Shown one piece after another: positions 56,031 to 64,000 of a DNA stretch of 64,000 nt; position 1 is the first letter of the stretch; each line of letters begins with the position of its first letter. A program made the position numbers and the translations under genes. Location of the stretch: contig CAXXJV010000001.1 of assembly GCA_963663475.2 (NCBI GenBank), positions 2,510,578 to 2,574,577 of the forward strand, written 5' to 3'. The stretch comes from Candidatus Cloacimonadales bacterium. GTDB lineage: Bacteria > Cloacimonadota > Cloacimonadia > Cloacimonadales > JAFGVF01. A model generated the notes under the pieces. The model worked only from the letters and a program-made list of their open reading frames with translations. It was not told the origin of the DNA and did not search any database.

Positions 56031-57278
56031 ATGCCTATATTTAGACCTTTCAAGGCTGTTAGACCTGTTCCTGCAAAAGCTAAAGAAATCGCTTCTTTAC
56101 CTTACGATGTTATGGATTCTGATGAAGCTCGTTTAGAAGTTAAAAAGAATCCTCTTTCATTTATTCATGTTGAAAAAGCTGAAGTTGACCTTCCTGAAGG
56201 TACAAGTCTTTATAGTGACGAAGTTTATAATAAAGCTAAAGAAAACCTGTACAACTATGTGAAAAATGGTCATATGATTCAAGATGAAAAAGCTGCTTTC
56301 TATGTTTATCGTCAAATTATGGATGGCAGAGTACAAACTGGTTTAGTTGGTTGTGCAGCTACTGAAGATTACATGAACAATATCATTAAAAAACATGAGC
56401 TTACTCGTGCAGCTAAAGAAGCTGATAGAATTAAACATGTTGATATCTGTGATGCTCACTCTTCTCCTGTTTTCTTCACATATAGACACAGAGATGATAT
56501 TAATGCTGTTGTAAATAAAACTATTGCTGGTCCTGCAGAATATGACTTTGTCGCAGACGATGGTATTGCTCATGCTTTATGGGTTATCTCTGATGATCAA
56601 GATATAGAAACTATTACTAAAGCCTTTGCTGACATGGATTACCTCTATGTAGCTGATGGCCACCATAGAACTGCTTCTGCTGCAAAAGTTGGCTTACTCA
56701 GAAAAGAAGCAAATCCTAACCATACAGGTCAAGAAGAATATAACTTCTTTATGACTGTTATCTTCCCTGATAATGATCTTTATATAATGGACTACAATAG
56801 AGTTGTCAAAGATTTAAATGGTCATTCTCAAGAAGATTTCTTCAAACTTATTGAAGAAAAATTTGACATTGAAAAGTTTGCTGGTCAAACTGCTTACCAC
56901 CCTGAAGCAAGACATAATTTTGGCATGTATATCCAAGGTCAATGGTATAAATTAACTGCTAAAGAAGGAACTTTCGATGAAAAGTCTCCTACAAAATCAC
57001 TTGATGTTTCTATTCTTCAAGAAAACCTCCTTCACCCAATTCTTAATATTGGCGACCCTCGTACCGATGAAAGAATCGACTTCATTGGTGGCATTAGAGG
57101 TTTAGGTGAGTTAGAAAAAAGAGTTGATTCTGGTAGAGAAGTTGTGGCTTTTGCTATGTTCCCAACCTCAATCGAAGAGTTAATGAATATCGCTGATGCA
57201 GGTGAAATTATGCCTCCTAAATCAACTTGGTTTGAACCAAAACTTAGATCAGGCCTTTTCATTCATCCACTAAAATAA
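56031..57278 (+). CDS. DUF1015 family protein
   Basis: MPIFRPFKAVRP......ASLPYDVM...EA start and ADGHHR motif; AAGGAG RBS. Confidence 0.75.
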   Translation: MPIFRPFKAVRPVPAKAKEIASLPYDVMDSDEARLEVKKNPLSFIHVEKAEVDLPEGTSLYSDEVYNKAKENLYNYVKNGHMIQDEKAAFYVYRQIMDGRVQTGLVGCAATEDYMNNIIKKHELTRAAKEADRIKHVDICDAHSSPVFFTYRHRDDINAVVNKTIAGPAEYDFVADDGIAHALWVISDDQDIETITKAFADMDYLYVADGHHRTASAAKVGLLRKEANPNHTGQEEYNFFMTVIFPDNDLYIMDYNRVVKDLNGHSQEDFFKLIEEKFDIEKFAGQTAYHPEARHNFGMYIQGQWYKLTAKEGTFDEKSPTKSLDVSILQENLLHPILNIGDPRTDERIDFIGGIRGLGELEKRVDSGREVVAFAMFPTSIEELMNIADAGEIMPPKSTWFEPKLRSGLFIHPLK

Positions 57279-57301
57279 GAACTTTAAATTTATTTATAAC
57301 T

Positions 57302-57335
57302 AAAGAGTGTTAGACTTTCTAACACTCTTTTTTTT
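57302..57335 (+). terminator. Rho-independent terminator after the DUF1015 gene
   Basis: aaagagtgttaga-ctt-tctaacactcttt followed by a T run. Confidence 0.85.
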
Positions 57336-57595
57336 AGGCTCAAGTTCAAGTCTGGTGGAAATTATGTTGCATTATTTATCATTTTATTAAACCCTTACAG
57401 GGTAATATCTTTGGGCTAGCCATCATTACCCAGGCTTGCGATACTTTGAATCTTCGCTAAAGCTACGCCTTCACAAGTCAGCATCTTACCCTGGGCTAAA
57501 TTATTTTATCCCTTTCAGGGATTTTTGATGAATCAATAAGTAATGAAATATTCTCATTTTCCTATATTATTCCCACCAGACTTGAACTTGAGCCT
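57336..57595. mobile_element. MITE-like 260-bp non-coding element with perfect 23-bp terminal inverted repeats
   Basis: aggctcaagttcaagtctggtgg (57336-57358) is the exact reverse complement of 57573-57595. No ORF inside. Flanked by T runs on both sides. Confidence 0.5.
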
Positions 57596-57707
57596 TTTTC
57601 TATTGTTAATCTCAAATTGTGGATTTGAACTTTAATTCTTAGTTGACACTTTTAATGACATAATCAAGTATGCATTCGAGAAAAACAGAAAGGATAAAAT
57701 TTTTACA

Positions 57708-58694
57708 ATGGACCAAATAACTCAAAGAGCTTTTAATAGAAGAAAGAAAGAGATTGAGCTAATAAAACTCTCAACTATAGGAAACTTTTGCTTCGGCTTA
57801 ATAGGAATTTTCTTTGCTATTATTACTAGCTCAAGATCAATCCTCTTCGATGGATTATATTCATTTGTCTTAAGTTTCTTTACTTTAATATCAGCTCGAG
57901 TTGTTAGATTAATAACTAAAGGGCAAACTGTTCAATATCAATTTGGTTATGGTGCTTTTGAACCATTACTGATAATTATTAGATCAATTTTCCTTTTCGG
58001 GATGTACATGGTTTTAGGTTATGAAGCCATAACTTCTCTTTTTCAGGGAGGATATTCAATTGTTACTTCCTTTGCCTTAATTTATTCCTTAATAAGTACA
58101 GGGGCTTGCTTAATTATCTGGATAATTTTAAGAAAAACAGCTCGAAAAAACACATCTCCTGTGCTAAAAGCGGAAGCATATGGCTGGTTTTTAGATACTA
58201 TTCTTTCAGCAGCTGTCTTATTAGCCTTCCTCCTTATCGCCTTCTTCAATTACATTGGAGCTGATTCACTAACCCATTACATAGACCCTTTAATTACCCT
58301 AAGTCTTGTAATTTTAATGTTACCAGCACTTTTTACTATGTTTCTAGTTAATTTCAGAGATATGGTTTCAGCAGCACCACCCATAGAGATTCAGGAAGAG
58401 TTAAGAAGAATTATGCAGGGTTTTCAAGATAAATATGCTTTTGCCAATATTGAAAATTTTTCTGAAAAAAGAGGAAGAAGTCTTTATTTGATATCCCATG
58501 TTTATCTAAATCAGGAAGTGACAATGAAGACTTTAGATAAGATTAGAAAAGAAATGGTGAAAGAAATCAAGGCTTGGTGGTTCTATTCTGATATTGATAT
58601 TGTTTTTACTCTCAATCCTGCTTGGATTCAATTATCCAATATTAACTCAGAAATCGATCCAGATTCTAAATCTGATAATGAAGATATCCACTAG
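57708..58694 (+). CDS. Cation diffusion facilitator (CDF)-like transporter
   Basis: Six predicted TMs plus a cytoplasmic C-terminal domain. S.SILFDGLYSF resembles the TM2 motif but without the canonical His/Asp. Confidence 0.5.
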   Translation: MDQITQRAFNRRKKEIELIKLSTIGNFCFGLIGIFFAIITSSRSILFDGLYSFVLSFFTLISARVVRLITKGQTVQYQFGYGAFEPLLIIIRSIFLFGMYMVLGYEAITSLFQGGYSIVTSFALIYSLISTGACLIIWIILRKTARKNTSPVLKAEAYGWFLDTILSAAVLLAFLLIAFFNYIGADSLTHYIDPLITLSLVILMLPALFTMFLVNFRDMVSAAPPIEIQEELRRIMQGFQDKYAFANIENFSEKRGRSLYLISHVYLNQEVTMKTLDKIRKEMVKEIKAWWFYSDIDIVFTLNPAWIQLSNINSEIDPDSKSDNEDIH

Positions 58695-58764
58695 AGCAAA
58701 AATATAAATTAAGGTCAAGGTCAAGCTCAAGACTATAGAAATCTTTGAATATAAATTCAAATAA

Positions 58765-58788
58765 GGCAATAGATCTTTGAGAATAGCA
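58765..58788 (-). repeat. Fragment of repeat family Q (3' arm)
   Basis: The reverse complement tgctattctcaaagatctattgcc matches 62047-62070 tgctattctcaaaggtctactgca at 21/24. Confidence 0.5.
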
Positions 58789-58803
58789 CTATATTATCCT
58801 TAG

Positions 58804-58882
58804 CATCCTTAATCCTTCCTTTACAGTCTTTCGATGAAAGTCCGTGTTTCATCGAAAGACTGTAAAGGAAGGATTAAGGATG
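58804..58882. repeat. Repeat family P: perfect 36-bp stem / 7-nt loop palindromic element, copy 2 (inverted relative to copy 1)
   Basis: Same 36-nt arm as 19475-19510. The loop gtccgtg is approximately the reverse complement of the copy-1 loop ctgggac. Flanks also match copy 1 in the inverted sense. Confidence 0.9.
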
Positions 58883-59033
58883 GATAGGGAGAAATTTGAT
58901 ATCTTTGTGTTCTTTGGGTAAATATTCTTCTTCAGCCTCTGCTGTAACCTGCAATCCCCTTGACCTCAGATTGACTTCTTGTCACTTGGGTGTCAGGACT
59001 CCTTTTAGTCCGTCGGTTCAGATAAGATTCTGG

Positions 59034-59066
59034 GTAAAAAAGAAAGGGAGCTTACCAGAAGCTCCC
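59034..59066 (-). terminator. Rho-independent terminator of dcp
   Basis: Minus strand: gggagctt-ctggt-aagctccc followed by tttctttttt. Confidence 0.85.
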
Positions 59067-59150
59067 CAAACAATATTTATTTTCATAGTTATAAGTATTT
59101 GCTAATAATTATACTACAAAAGTTTTCTAATATCAATTATAACTTATTAT

Positions 59151-61193
59151 TTACTTAATCAGACCATCTCTTCTAAGCATAGCATCTGGATCTGGTTTTC
59201 TTCCTCTAAACTTAATAAATAAGTCCATAGGATGTTGTGAGTTTCCTTTAGCTAGGATATTTTCTCTAAATGATTTAGCTGTATCTTTATTAAAAATACC
59301 GTCTTCTTTGAATTTTGAGAAAGCATCAGCATCAAGCACTTCAGCCCATTTGTATGAATAGTAACCTGATGAGTAGCCACCGTGGAAGATATGTGAGAAA
59401 GAACAAGATGTATTTACACAATCAACTTTTGGATAAAGTCTAGTTCTTTCAGTAACTTCACCTTCAAATTCAGCAACATCTTCAACATGAGAAGGATCTG
59501 CAGAATGCCAAGCCATATCGATAAGTCCTAGAGATACTTGTCTAACATTAAAGATACCTTTATTGAATGTTTCAGCTTTTTTAACTTTATTAACTAATTC
59601 TTCAGGGATAAGTTCACCAGTTTCATAGTGGTGAGCAAATAGCTTTAGAGTTTCCATTTCAAGAACCCAATTTTCCATAACTTGGGAAGGAAGTTCAACA
59701 AAATCCCAATAAACATTTGGACTTGCTAAAGATTTGTAATGAACATCTGAGAGAAGTCCATGGAGAGCATGACCAAATTCATGGAAGATAGTAGTAACTT
59801 CACCTAAAGATAATAAAGCAGGTTTATCTTCAGAAGGAGGAGTCAATGAACCAACAATAGAAATGAAAGGTCTTTTTACTTCTCCTTGTTGGAAGCCCTG
59901 AGAACGATAACCTGTCATCCAAGCACCAGCTCTTTTGGTATCACGTGGATAGAGATCAACATAGAAAAGCCCCATGTAACGACCATCTTCTTCTTGAATA
60001 ACTTCAAAAACTCTAACATCTTCATGATATTTTGGTAAATCTTCATGTTCAATAAACTTAAGTCCGTATAATTTATTAGCTACAGTGAAGATACCATTAA
60101 TTACATTCTCTGCTTTGAAGTAAGGTCTTAACTCTTCTGAATCAAAATTGAATTTCTTCTTTTTAAGTATTTCTGAGTAGTAAGAAACATCCCAAGGCAT
60201 AAATTGATCAATTCCATCTTCTTTAGCGATAGCTTCTATTTCCTTAACTTCTTCTTTAGCAACAGGAAGAGCAACATTAAGGATCTTTTCTAAAAACTCG
60301 TTAACAGTTTTAGGATTTTCAGCCATTCTTTCTGCTAATGTAAAGTCTGCATGAGTATCAAATCCTAATAATTGAGCTCTTTTATGTCTAAGATTTGCAA
60401 TTTGCTTAACAAGTTCTTGGTTATCAAATTCATCACGGAAGGCTCTTGCGCCCCAAGCTTTACTAAATTTTTCTCTTAAATCTCTATTTTTGGCATATTG
60501 AAGAATAGGCATAAACATTGATGGTTGAAGTAAAAATAACCATTTACCTTCATGACCTTTCTTTTTGGCCATGTAGGCTGCTTGAGCTTTTGCATTTTCT
60601 GGAAGCCCATCTAACTCAGCTTCATCTTCTACAATGTATTCAAACTTATTAGTAGAATTTAACACATTTTGAGAGAACTTAGGACCTAATTGAGACATTT
60701 CCATATTTATCTTCATTAATTCTTTTTTCTTATCTTCAGGTAAAAGAGCACCATTACGTATAAATGATTTATAAACCTTGTCTAAGAGACGTGTTTGTTC
60801 AGCATTAAGATTTTCTTGATCTTGATGATCATAGACATATTTTAGCTTTTCAAACATCTTTGGGTTCATCATAGTTTCATTTCCAAACTCAGCAAGCTTT
60901 TGTGAGATTTCACCAGCTAAAGCAGAAAACTCTTGATCTGCATTGCTACTTAAAAGATTGAAATAAATAGATGTTATGTAATCTAACTCTACACCTGTTT
61001 CAGCTTCAATTGTATTGGCAAAATTTGGTGTTTCAGGACTAGCGATATAGTCATTAAACTCTTTTCTAGCAATATCAAGTGCCCAATCGATAGCAGGCAT
61101 AAAATGTTCAGTTTTGAATTTGTCAAAAGGAATTGCTTCGAATTTAGAATATCTTTCCCCTGTCATTAAAGGATTATTTTTTTGTTCAGACAT
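59151..61193 (-). CDS. dcp: M3-family zinc peptidase (peptidyl-dipeptidase Dcp / oligopeptidase A-like)
   Basis: HEFGHALH zinc motif; 680 aa; GGYSSGYYSYKWAEVLDADAF. Confidence 0.85.
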   Translation of the reverse strand: MSEQKNNPLMTGERYSKFEAIPFDKFKTEHFMPAIDWALDIARKEFNDYIASPETPNFANTIEAETGVELDYITSIYFNLLSSNADQEFSALAGEISQKLAEFGNETMMNPKMFEKLKYVYDHQDQENLNAEQTRLLDKVYKSFIRNGALLPEDKKKELMKINMEMSQLGPKFSQNVLNSTNKFEYIVEDEAELDGLPENAKAQAAYMAKKKGHEGKWLFLLQPSMFMPILQYAKNRDLREKFSKAWGARAFRDEFDNQELVKQIANLRHKRAQLLGFDTHADFTLAERMAENPKTVNEFLEKILNVALPVAKEEVKEIEAIAKEDGIDQFMPWDVSYYSEILKKKKFNFDSEELRPYFKAENVINGIFTVANKLYGLKFIEHEDLPKYHEDVRVFEVIQEEDGRYMGLFYVDLYPRDTKRAGAWMTGYRSQGFQQGEVKRPFISIVGSLTPPSEDKPALLSLGEVTTIFHEFGHALHGLLSDVHYKSLASPNVYWDFVELPSQVMENWVLEMETLKLFAHHYETGELIPEELVNKVKKAETFNKGIFNVRQVSLGLIDMAWHSADPSHVEDVAEFEGEVTERTRLYPKVDCVNTSCSFSHIFHGGYSSGYYSYKWAEVLDADAFSKFKEDGIFNKDTAKSFRENILAKGNSQHPMDLFIKFRGRKPDPDAMLRRDGLIK

Positions 61194-61228
61194 ATTTTTC
61201 TCCTGTGATTAATATTTTATATATTACC

Positions 61229-61256
61229 AATATAATCAGTTTGTATAAATTGTCAA
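61229..61256 (-). promoter_or_regulatory. Candidate sigma70 promoter of dcp
   Basis: Minus strand: TTGACA(61256-61251)-N16-TATATT(61234-61229). Confidence 0.5.
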
Positions 61257-61395
61257 TAATAATTTTTCTACCCTGGGTTTAATAGTATTTATCATAGTTA
61301 ATTTACCTTGATAATTAACCTAGAAAAATAATTTTACTAATTTATTTTGACAGAATATCAAATGAATATTTTTTGTAGAAATCACAAATAAACTA

Positions 61396-61962
61396 TTGGG
61401 AGATACGTTGGAAAAAACTATTAAAGCGAATCCGGCTCCGATTGGGTTAATCGGTTTCGGAATGACTACTATTTTGTTAAATATCCATAATGCAGGATTC
61501 TTTCCTTTGGATGTTGTAATTATGGCAATGGGAATTACCATTGGAGGACTTGCACAGATTATTGCAGGTATTTTAGAGTATAATAATAATAAGACCTTTG
61601 GGACAGTGGCTTTTGTTGCTTATGGCTTCTTTTGGTTATCTTTAGTTATGATTTGGACCCTACCTAAAATGGGGATTGGACAAGCTCCCACTCCTCTATC
61701 TTTAGGACTTTACTTATTACTTTGGGGACTTTTCACCTTAGGTATGTTTATAGGAACTTTTAAATCAGTACTTGTTTCTAAAATGGTATTTGGAACCCTC
61801 TTTATTCTCTTTATGCTCTTAGCAACTGCTAATTTTACTGGCAATCATCATATTCACACCATAGCAGGTTATGAAGGTATTTTATGTGGTGCTTTAGCTA
61901 TGTATGAAGCTCTTGCCCAAGTTATTAATGAAGCACACGGTAAAAAACTCTTACCCTTATAA
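61396..61962 (+). CDS. satP: Acetate/succinate uptake transporter family (GPR1/FUN34/YaaH)
   Basis: NPAPIGLIGFGMTTILLN signature and six TMs. Non-ATG start: TTG 61396, or more likely TTG 61408 (GGAG-N5). Confidence 0.8.
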   Translation: MGDTLEKTIKANPAPIGLIGFGMTTILLNIHNAGFFPLDVVIMAMGITIGGLAQIIAGILEYNNNKTFGTVAFVAYGFFWLSLVMIWTLPKMGIGQAPTPLSLGLYLLLWGLFTLGMFIGTFKSVLVSKMVFGTLFILFMLLATANFTGNHHIHTIAGYEGILCGALAMYEALAQVINEAHGKKLLPL

Positions 61963-61993
61963 TCATTAGTTAATAAGAAAGTAATAAACCAAT

Positions 61994-62082
61994 GGTGCAG
62001 TAGAGCTTTAGAGAAGAGTGCAGATTCTTCAAGCAAAAGAATATTCTGCTATTCTCAAAGGTCTACTGCATTATTATTAGGG
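61994..62082 (+). repeat. Repeat family Q, short copy (imperfect ~90-nt hairpin) between convergent satP and xth
   Basis: ggtgcagtagagctttagagaagagtgcagattcttc..gaatattctgctattctcaaaggtctactgcattatt; the arms are largely complementary. Confidence 0.65.
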
Positions 62083-62101
62083 ATAATATTTGACTTACAT
62101 G

Positions 62102-62929
62102 CTAAATATCTATTTCTAGTAAAAGAGGAGTATGATCTTGTCTTTCTCCCGAATCAATCATTTCAGATTTTACAACTTTATCTGCAATTTCATTACTGAC
62201 CAACCAATAATCTATTCTCCAGCCAGAATTGTTTAATTTACTAGTTTTTACTCTTTGAGCCCACCAAGAATAAACTCCTTGAACATCGCCATGCAAATGT
62301 CTAAAGCTATCTGTAAATCCTTTTCCTAAGAGATTAGTAAATCCTTGTCTTTCTTCATCAGTAAAACCAGCAGACATATGATTACTATCAGGATTTGCCA
62401 GATCAATTTCTTTATGAGCAACATTATAATCACCTGTAGCTATAACTGGCTTATTCTTCTTTAATGAGGCTAAATATTCTGCATACTTTTTATCCCATAC
62501 TTGCCTATCTTCCAGTCTTTTAAGTCCATCTCCAGCATTAGGAGTATAAACTTGAGTAAGATAGAAATTACCGAAATCTAAAGTAATAATCCTACCTTCA
62601 AAGTCCATTGTACTAGGAGCATCAATAGTAGGATAAGTAACTTCTGGTGAATATTTTTCTTTGTAGAGAAACATAGTTCCAGCATAACCTTTTTTTGCTG
62701 GTTCTTGAGAAGATCTCCAGACATAATTATATCCTGTAAAATACTCTTCTAAAAGTTCTTTATGTTTCTTACTAGGCCCATTAGCTGGTAGTTTAGTCTC
62801 TTGCAAAGCTATAACATCAGCATCTTTATCTATTATAGTTTTAATCACTTGTCTTGATAACAAGGCCCTATTAGAATCGCTTGTTAAAGCAGCGTTTAAT
62901 GAATCTATGTTCCATGATATTAGTCGCAA
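62102..62929 (-). CDS. xth: Exodeoxyribonuclease III
   Basis: ISWN..SL, ALQETK, GDYNVAH and DH.P motifs. TTG start with GGAGG-N5. Confidence 0.85.
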   Translation of the reverse strand: MRLISWNIDSLNAALTSDSNRALLSRQVIKTIIDKDADVIALQETKLPANGPSKKHKELLEEYFTGYNYVWRSSQEPAKKGYAGTMFLYKEKYSPEVTYPTIDAPSTMDFEGRIITLDFGNFYLTQVYTPNAGDGLKRLEDRQVWDKKYAEYLASLKKNKPVIATGDYNVAHKEIDLANPDSNHMSAGFTDEERQGFTNLLGKGFTDSFRHLHGDVQGVYSWWAQRVKTSKLNNSGWRIDYWLVSNEIADKVVKSEMIDSGERQDHTPLLLEIDI

Positions 62930-63123
62930 TCTGTCCTCCCTTAGATTAATAATTACCTAAAATTAAAATATTTATTATTATTAAACTTTAGGGAAAATTA
63001 AGTCAAGGAAAAAGTAATTTTAATCAAGATGTGTAGGAGAACTTCCACAGGTCTGAATCTATAAAATAAAAATTTCTATTGCTTTAAAATTGACTTTTAA
63101 ATAGTTGACCTTAGAGAGAAGTA

Positions 63124-63197
63124 TTGACAAAGTCAACTTCTTTGAGTCTTGGGTCTCTTTTTTACAAAAAGAAATCGCTAATAGATTTATTCAAACT
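63124..63197 (+). repeat. Repeat family S, copy A (contains TTGACAAAGTCAA palindrome)
   Basis: ttgacaaagtcaacttctttga..tacaaaaagaaatcgctaatagatttattcaaact aligns with the reverse complement of 27332-27403. Confidence 0.7.
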
Positions 63198-63350
63198 CGA
63201 GCAAAATAGTATTTAAATACATTGCAGTGGAGAGTTTGGATAAAGATATAGCGACTTTAATAAAATTTCTAAATTACCTAGATGTAGCTTAGTGTCTGAG
63301 ACAATTCAAGAATTGGTGGGTTTATCAACAGCCTACTTAGAGGGGAAAAT

Positions 63351-64000
63351 ATGAAAAGAAAAAGTCTTTATCAAAGTACTGTATCCTTGTTATTAGTATC
63401 TGCTCTCTTTAATGGAGTATTTAATGGATTCACTGGAATTCAAGACATTATTGCTAGAAAGGCATTTAACGCACTTGATTGGCAATTAATGATTTTGACT
63501 ATGATTTGGCCTGTAACCAATTTTTTATCAATCTGGTGGGGTAAAATTCTAGAACAATCTTCCAATAAAGCTAAGTTTTTCTGGGCTGTAGCTGTATTAG
63601 GCAGATTATCCCTACTCATGGCCTATTTTACTACTTCCATGAATATCTATTTGCTTATCTTTGGACTTGTCTCCTTCTTTAATGGAATTCTTTCGCCCGC
63701 ATCTAATTCTATTTATCAAAGTAATCTACCTAATAATAGGTCTAAAGTTTTTGGCTATACTATGAGTCTTGCTTCCTTTATAAGTATGATCTTTGCCTTT
63801 ATCTCTGGTCGTTACTTAGACTCTTCTGAAGCTAATTTAAAATTAATCTTCATTGTAGTATCACTAGCAGGTTTTACTTCTGCCTCTGTCTTAAGCTTTA
63901 TCAGAATCGAAGATAATAAAGTAAAATACCAGAAGAAGATGCTAAGAAAAGAATTTTTCCTTACTCCCCTTAAACGAGCATTAGGCTTGCTGAAAAATAA
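63351..64000 (+). CDS. MFS-type transporter, N-terminal 216 codons (runs off the right window edge; not in ORF track)
   Basis: Own translation from the ATG at 63351 after AGGGGA, stop-free to 64000. Successive hydrophobic helices (VSLLLVSALFNGVF, LMILTMIWPVTNFLSIWW, AVAVLGRLSLLMAYF...). Confidence 0.65.
   Translation, partial: MKRKSLYQSTVSLLLVSALFNGVFNGFTGIQDIIARKAFNALDWQLMILTMIWPVTNFLSIWWGKILEQSSNKAKFFWAVAVLGRLSLLMAYFTTSMNIYLLIFGLVSFFNGILSPASNSIYQSNLPNNRSKVFGYTMSLASFISMIFAFISGRYLDSSEANLKLIFIVVSLAGFTSASVLSFIRIEDNKVKYQKKMLRKEFFLTPLKRALGLLKN

Noticed and set aside
58716-58740. AGGTCAAGGTCAAGCTCAAGAC as a partial copy of the 23-bp TIR at 57336
   Set aside because: Only GCTCAAG is shared. The resemblance is too short to distinguish from chance.
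58831-58850. RNase P RNA-like GAAAGTCCG motif
   Set aside because: The motif is just the loop and stem edge of the family-P palindrome. None of the surrounding RNase P helices or length are present.
58896-59105. 69-aa plus-strand ORF
   Set aside because: It starts at a non-ATG codon within repeat-rich spacer DNA and runs into the dcp terminator on the opposite strand. It has no RBS and a Ser/Cys/Leu-rich translation with no motif.

Overview
AT-rich, densely coding bacterial chromosomal segment. My spot counts of 60-nt lines give about 35-37% GC in housekeeping genes. It uses sigma70-like TTGACA-N16-18-TAnnnT promoters and GGAG-type RBSs. Left to right: (1) an edge-truncated >=1470-codon secreted surface protein (1-4411, minus), absent from the supplied ORF track because it runs off the window. 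(2) A six-gene tRNA cluster (fMet, His, Arg-TCT, CAT-anticodon Met/Ile2, fMet, Arg-ACG). (3) A ~4-kb visibly more AT-rich accessory cassette (5673-9662), the best candidate for an undescribed, defence-like system here. It holds an iteron-like AAAAACGAT repeat field and a 622-aa orphan protein (degenerate HD-like N-terminus plus PD-(D/E)xK-like C-terminus). That protein is co-transcribed behind a frameshifted CI/LexA-type XRE-HTH/S24 repressor, opposite a divergent Cro-like HTH gene, with three operator-like sites between them. (4) Several predicted T9SS-type-CTD cargo proteins (FG-GAP, beta-helix-like, GLUG, one decayed remnant). (5) Mostly housekeeping genes: nox, pdxJ, kbl, rsmI, two CPA2 antiporters with a PII-like and an EIIA-Ntr-like protein, a second XRE/S24 repressor, DUF58, pgsA, nadA, dut, ispA-like, xseB, ftsY, ECF-like sigma, CoA-transferase A/B, ybaB, recR, ribE, yjbQ, GH13 enzyme, tamB-like, lolCDE-like, rodZ-like, dapF, dapB, DUF1015, CDF, dcp, satP, xth and an edge-truncated MFS. 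Intergenic DNA carries at least four structured repeat or repeat-like element types: a 36-bp-stem palindrome (P), an imperfect hairpin (Q), a single 260-bp element with 23-bp perfect TIRs, and a ~75-nt promoter-proximal repeat (S) with a TTGACnnnGTCAA palindrome. No rRNA, CRISPR array, transposase or integrase gene was seen. The taxon cannot be established; the YPNPFNPxTTI-type C-terminal sorting domains are consistent with an uncultivated FCB-group (e.g. Cloacimonadota-like) bacterium (inference). All functional calls are by-eye motif recognition; no database search was possible.
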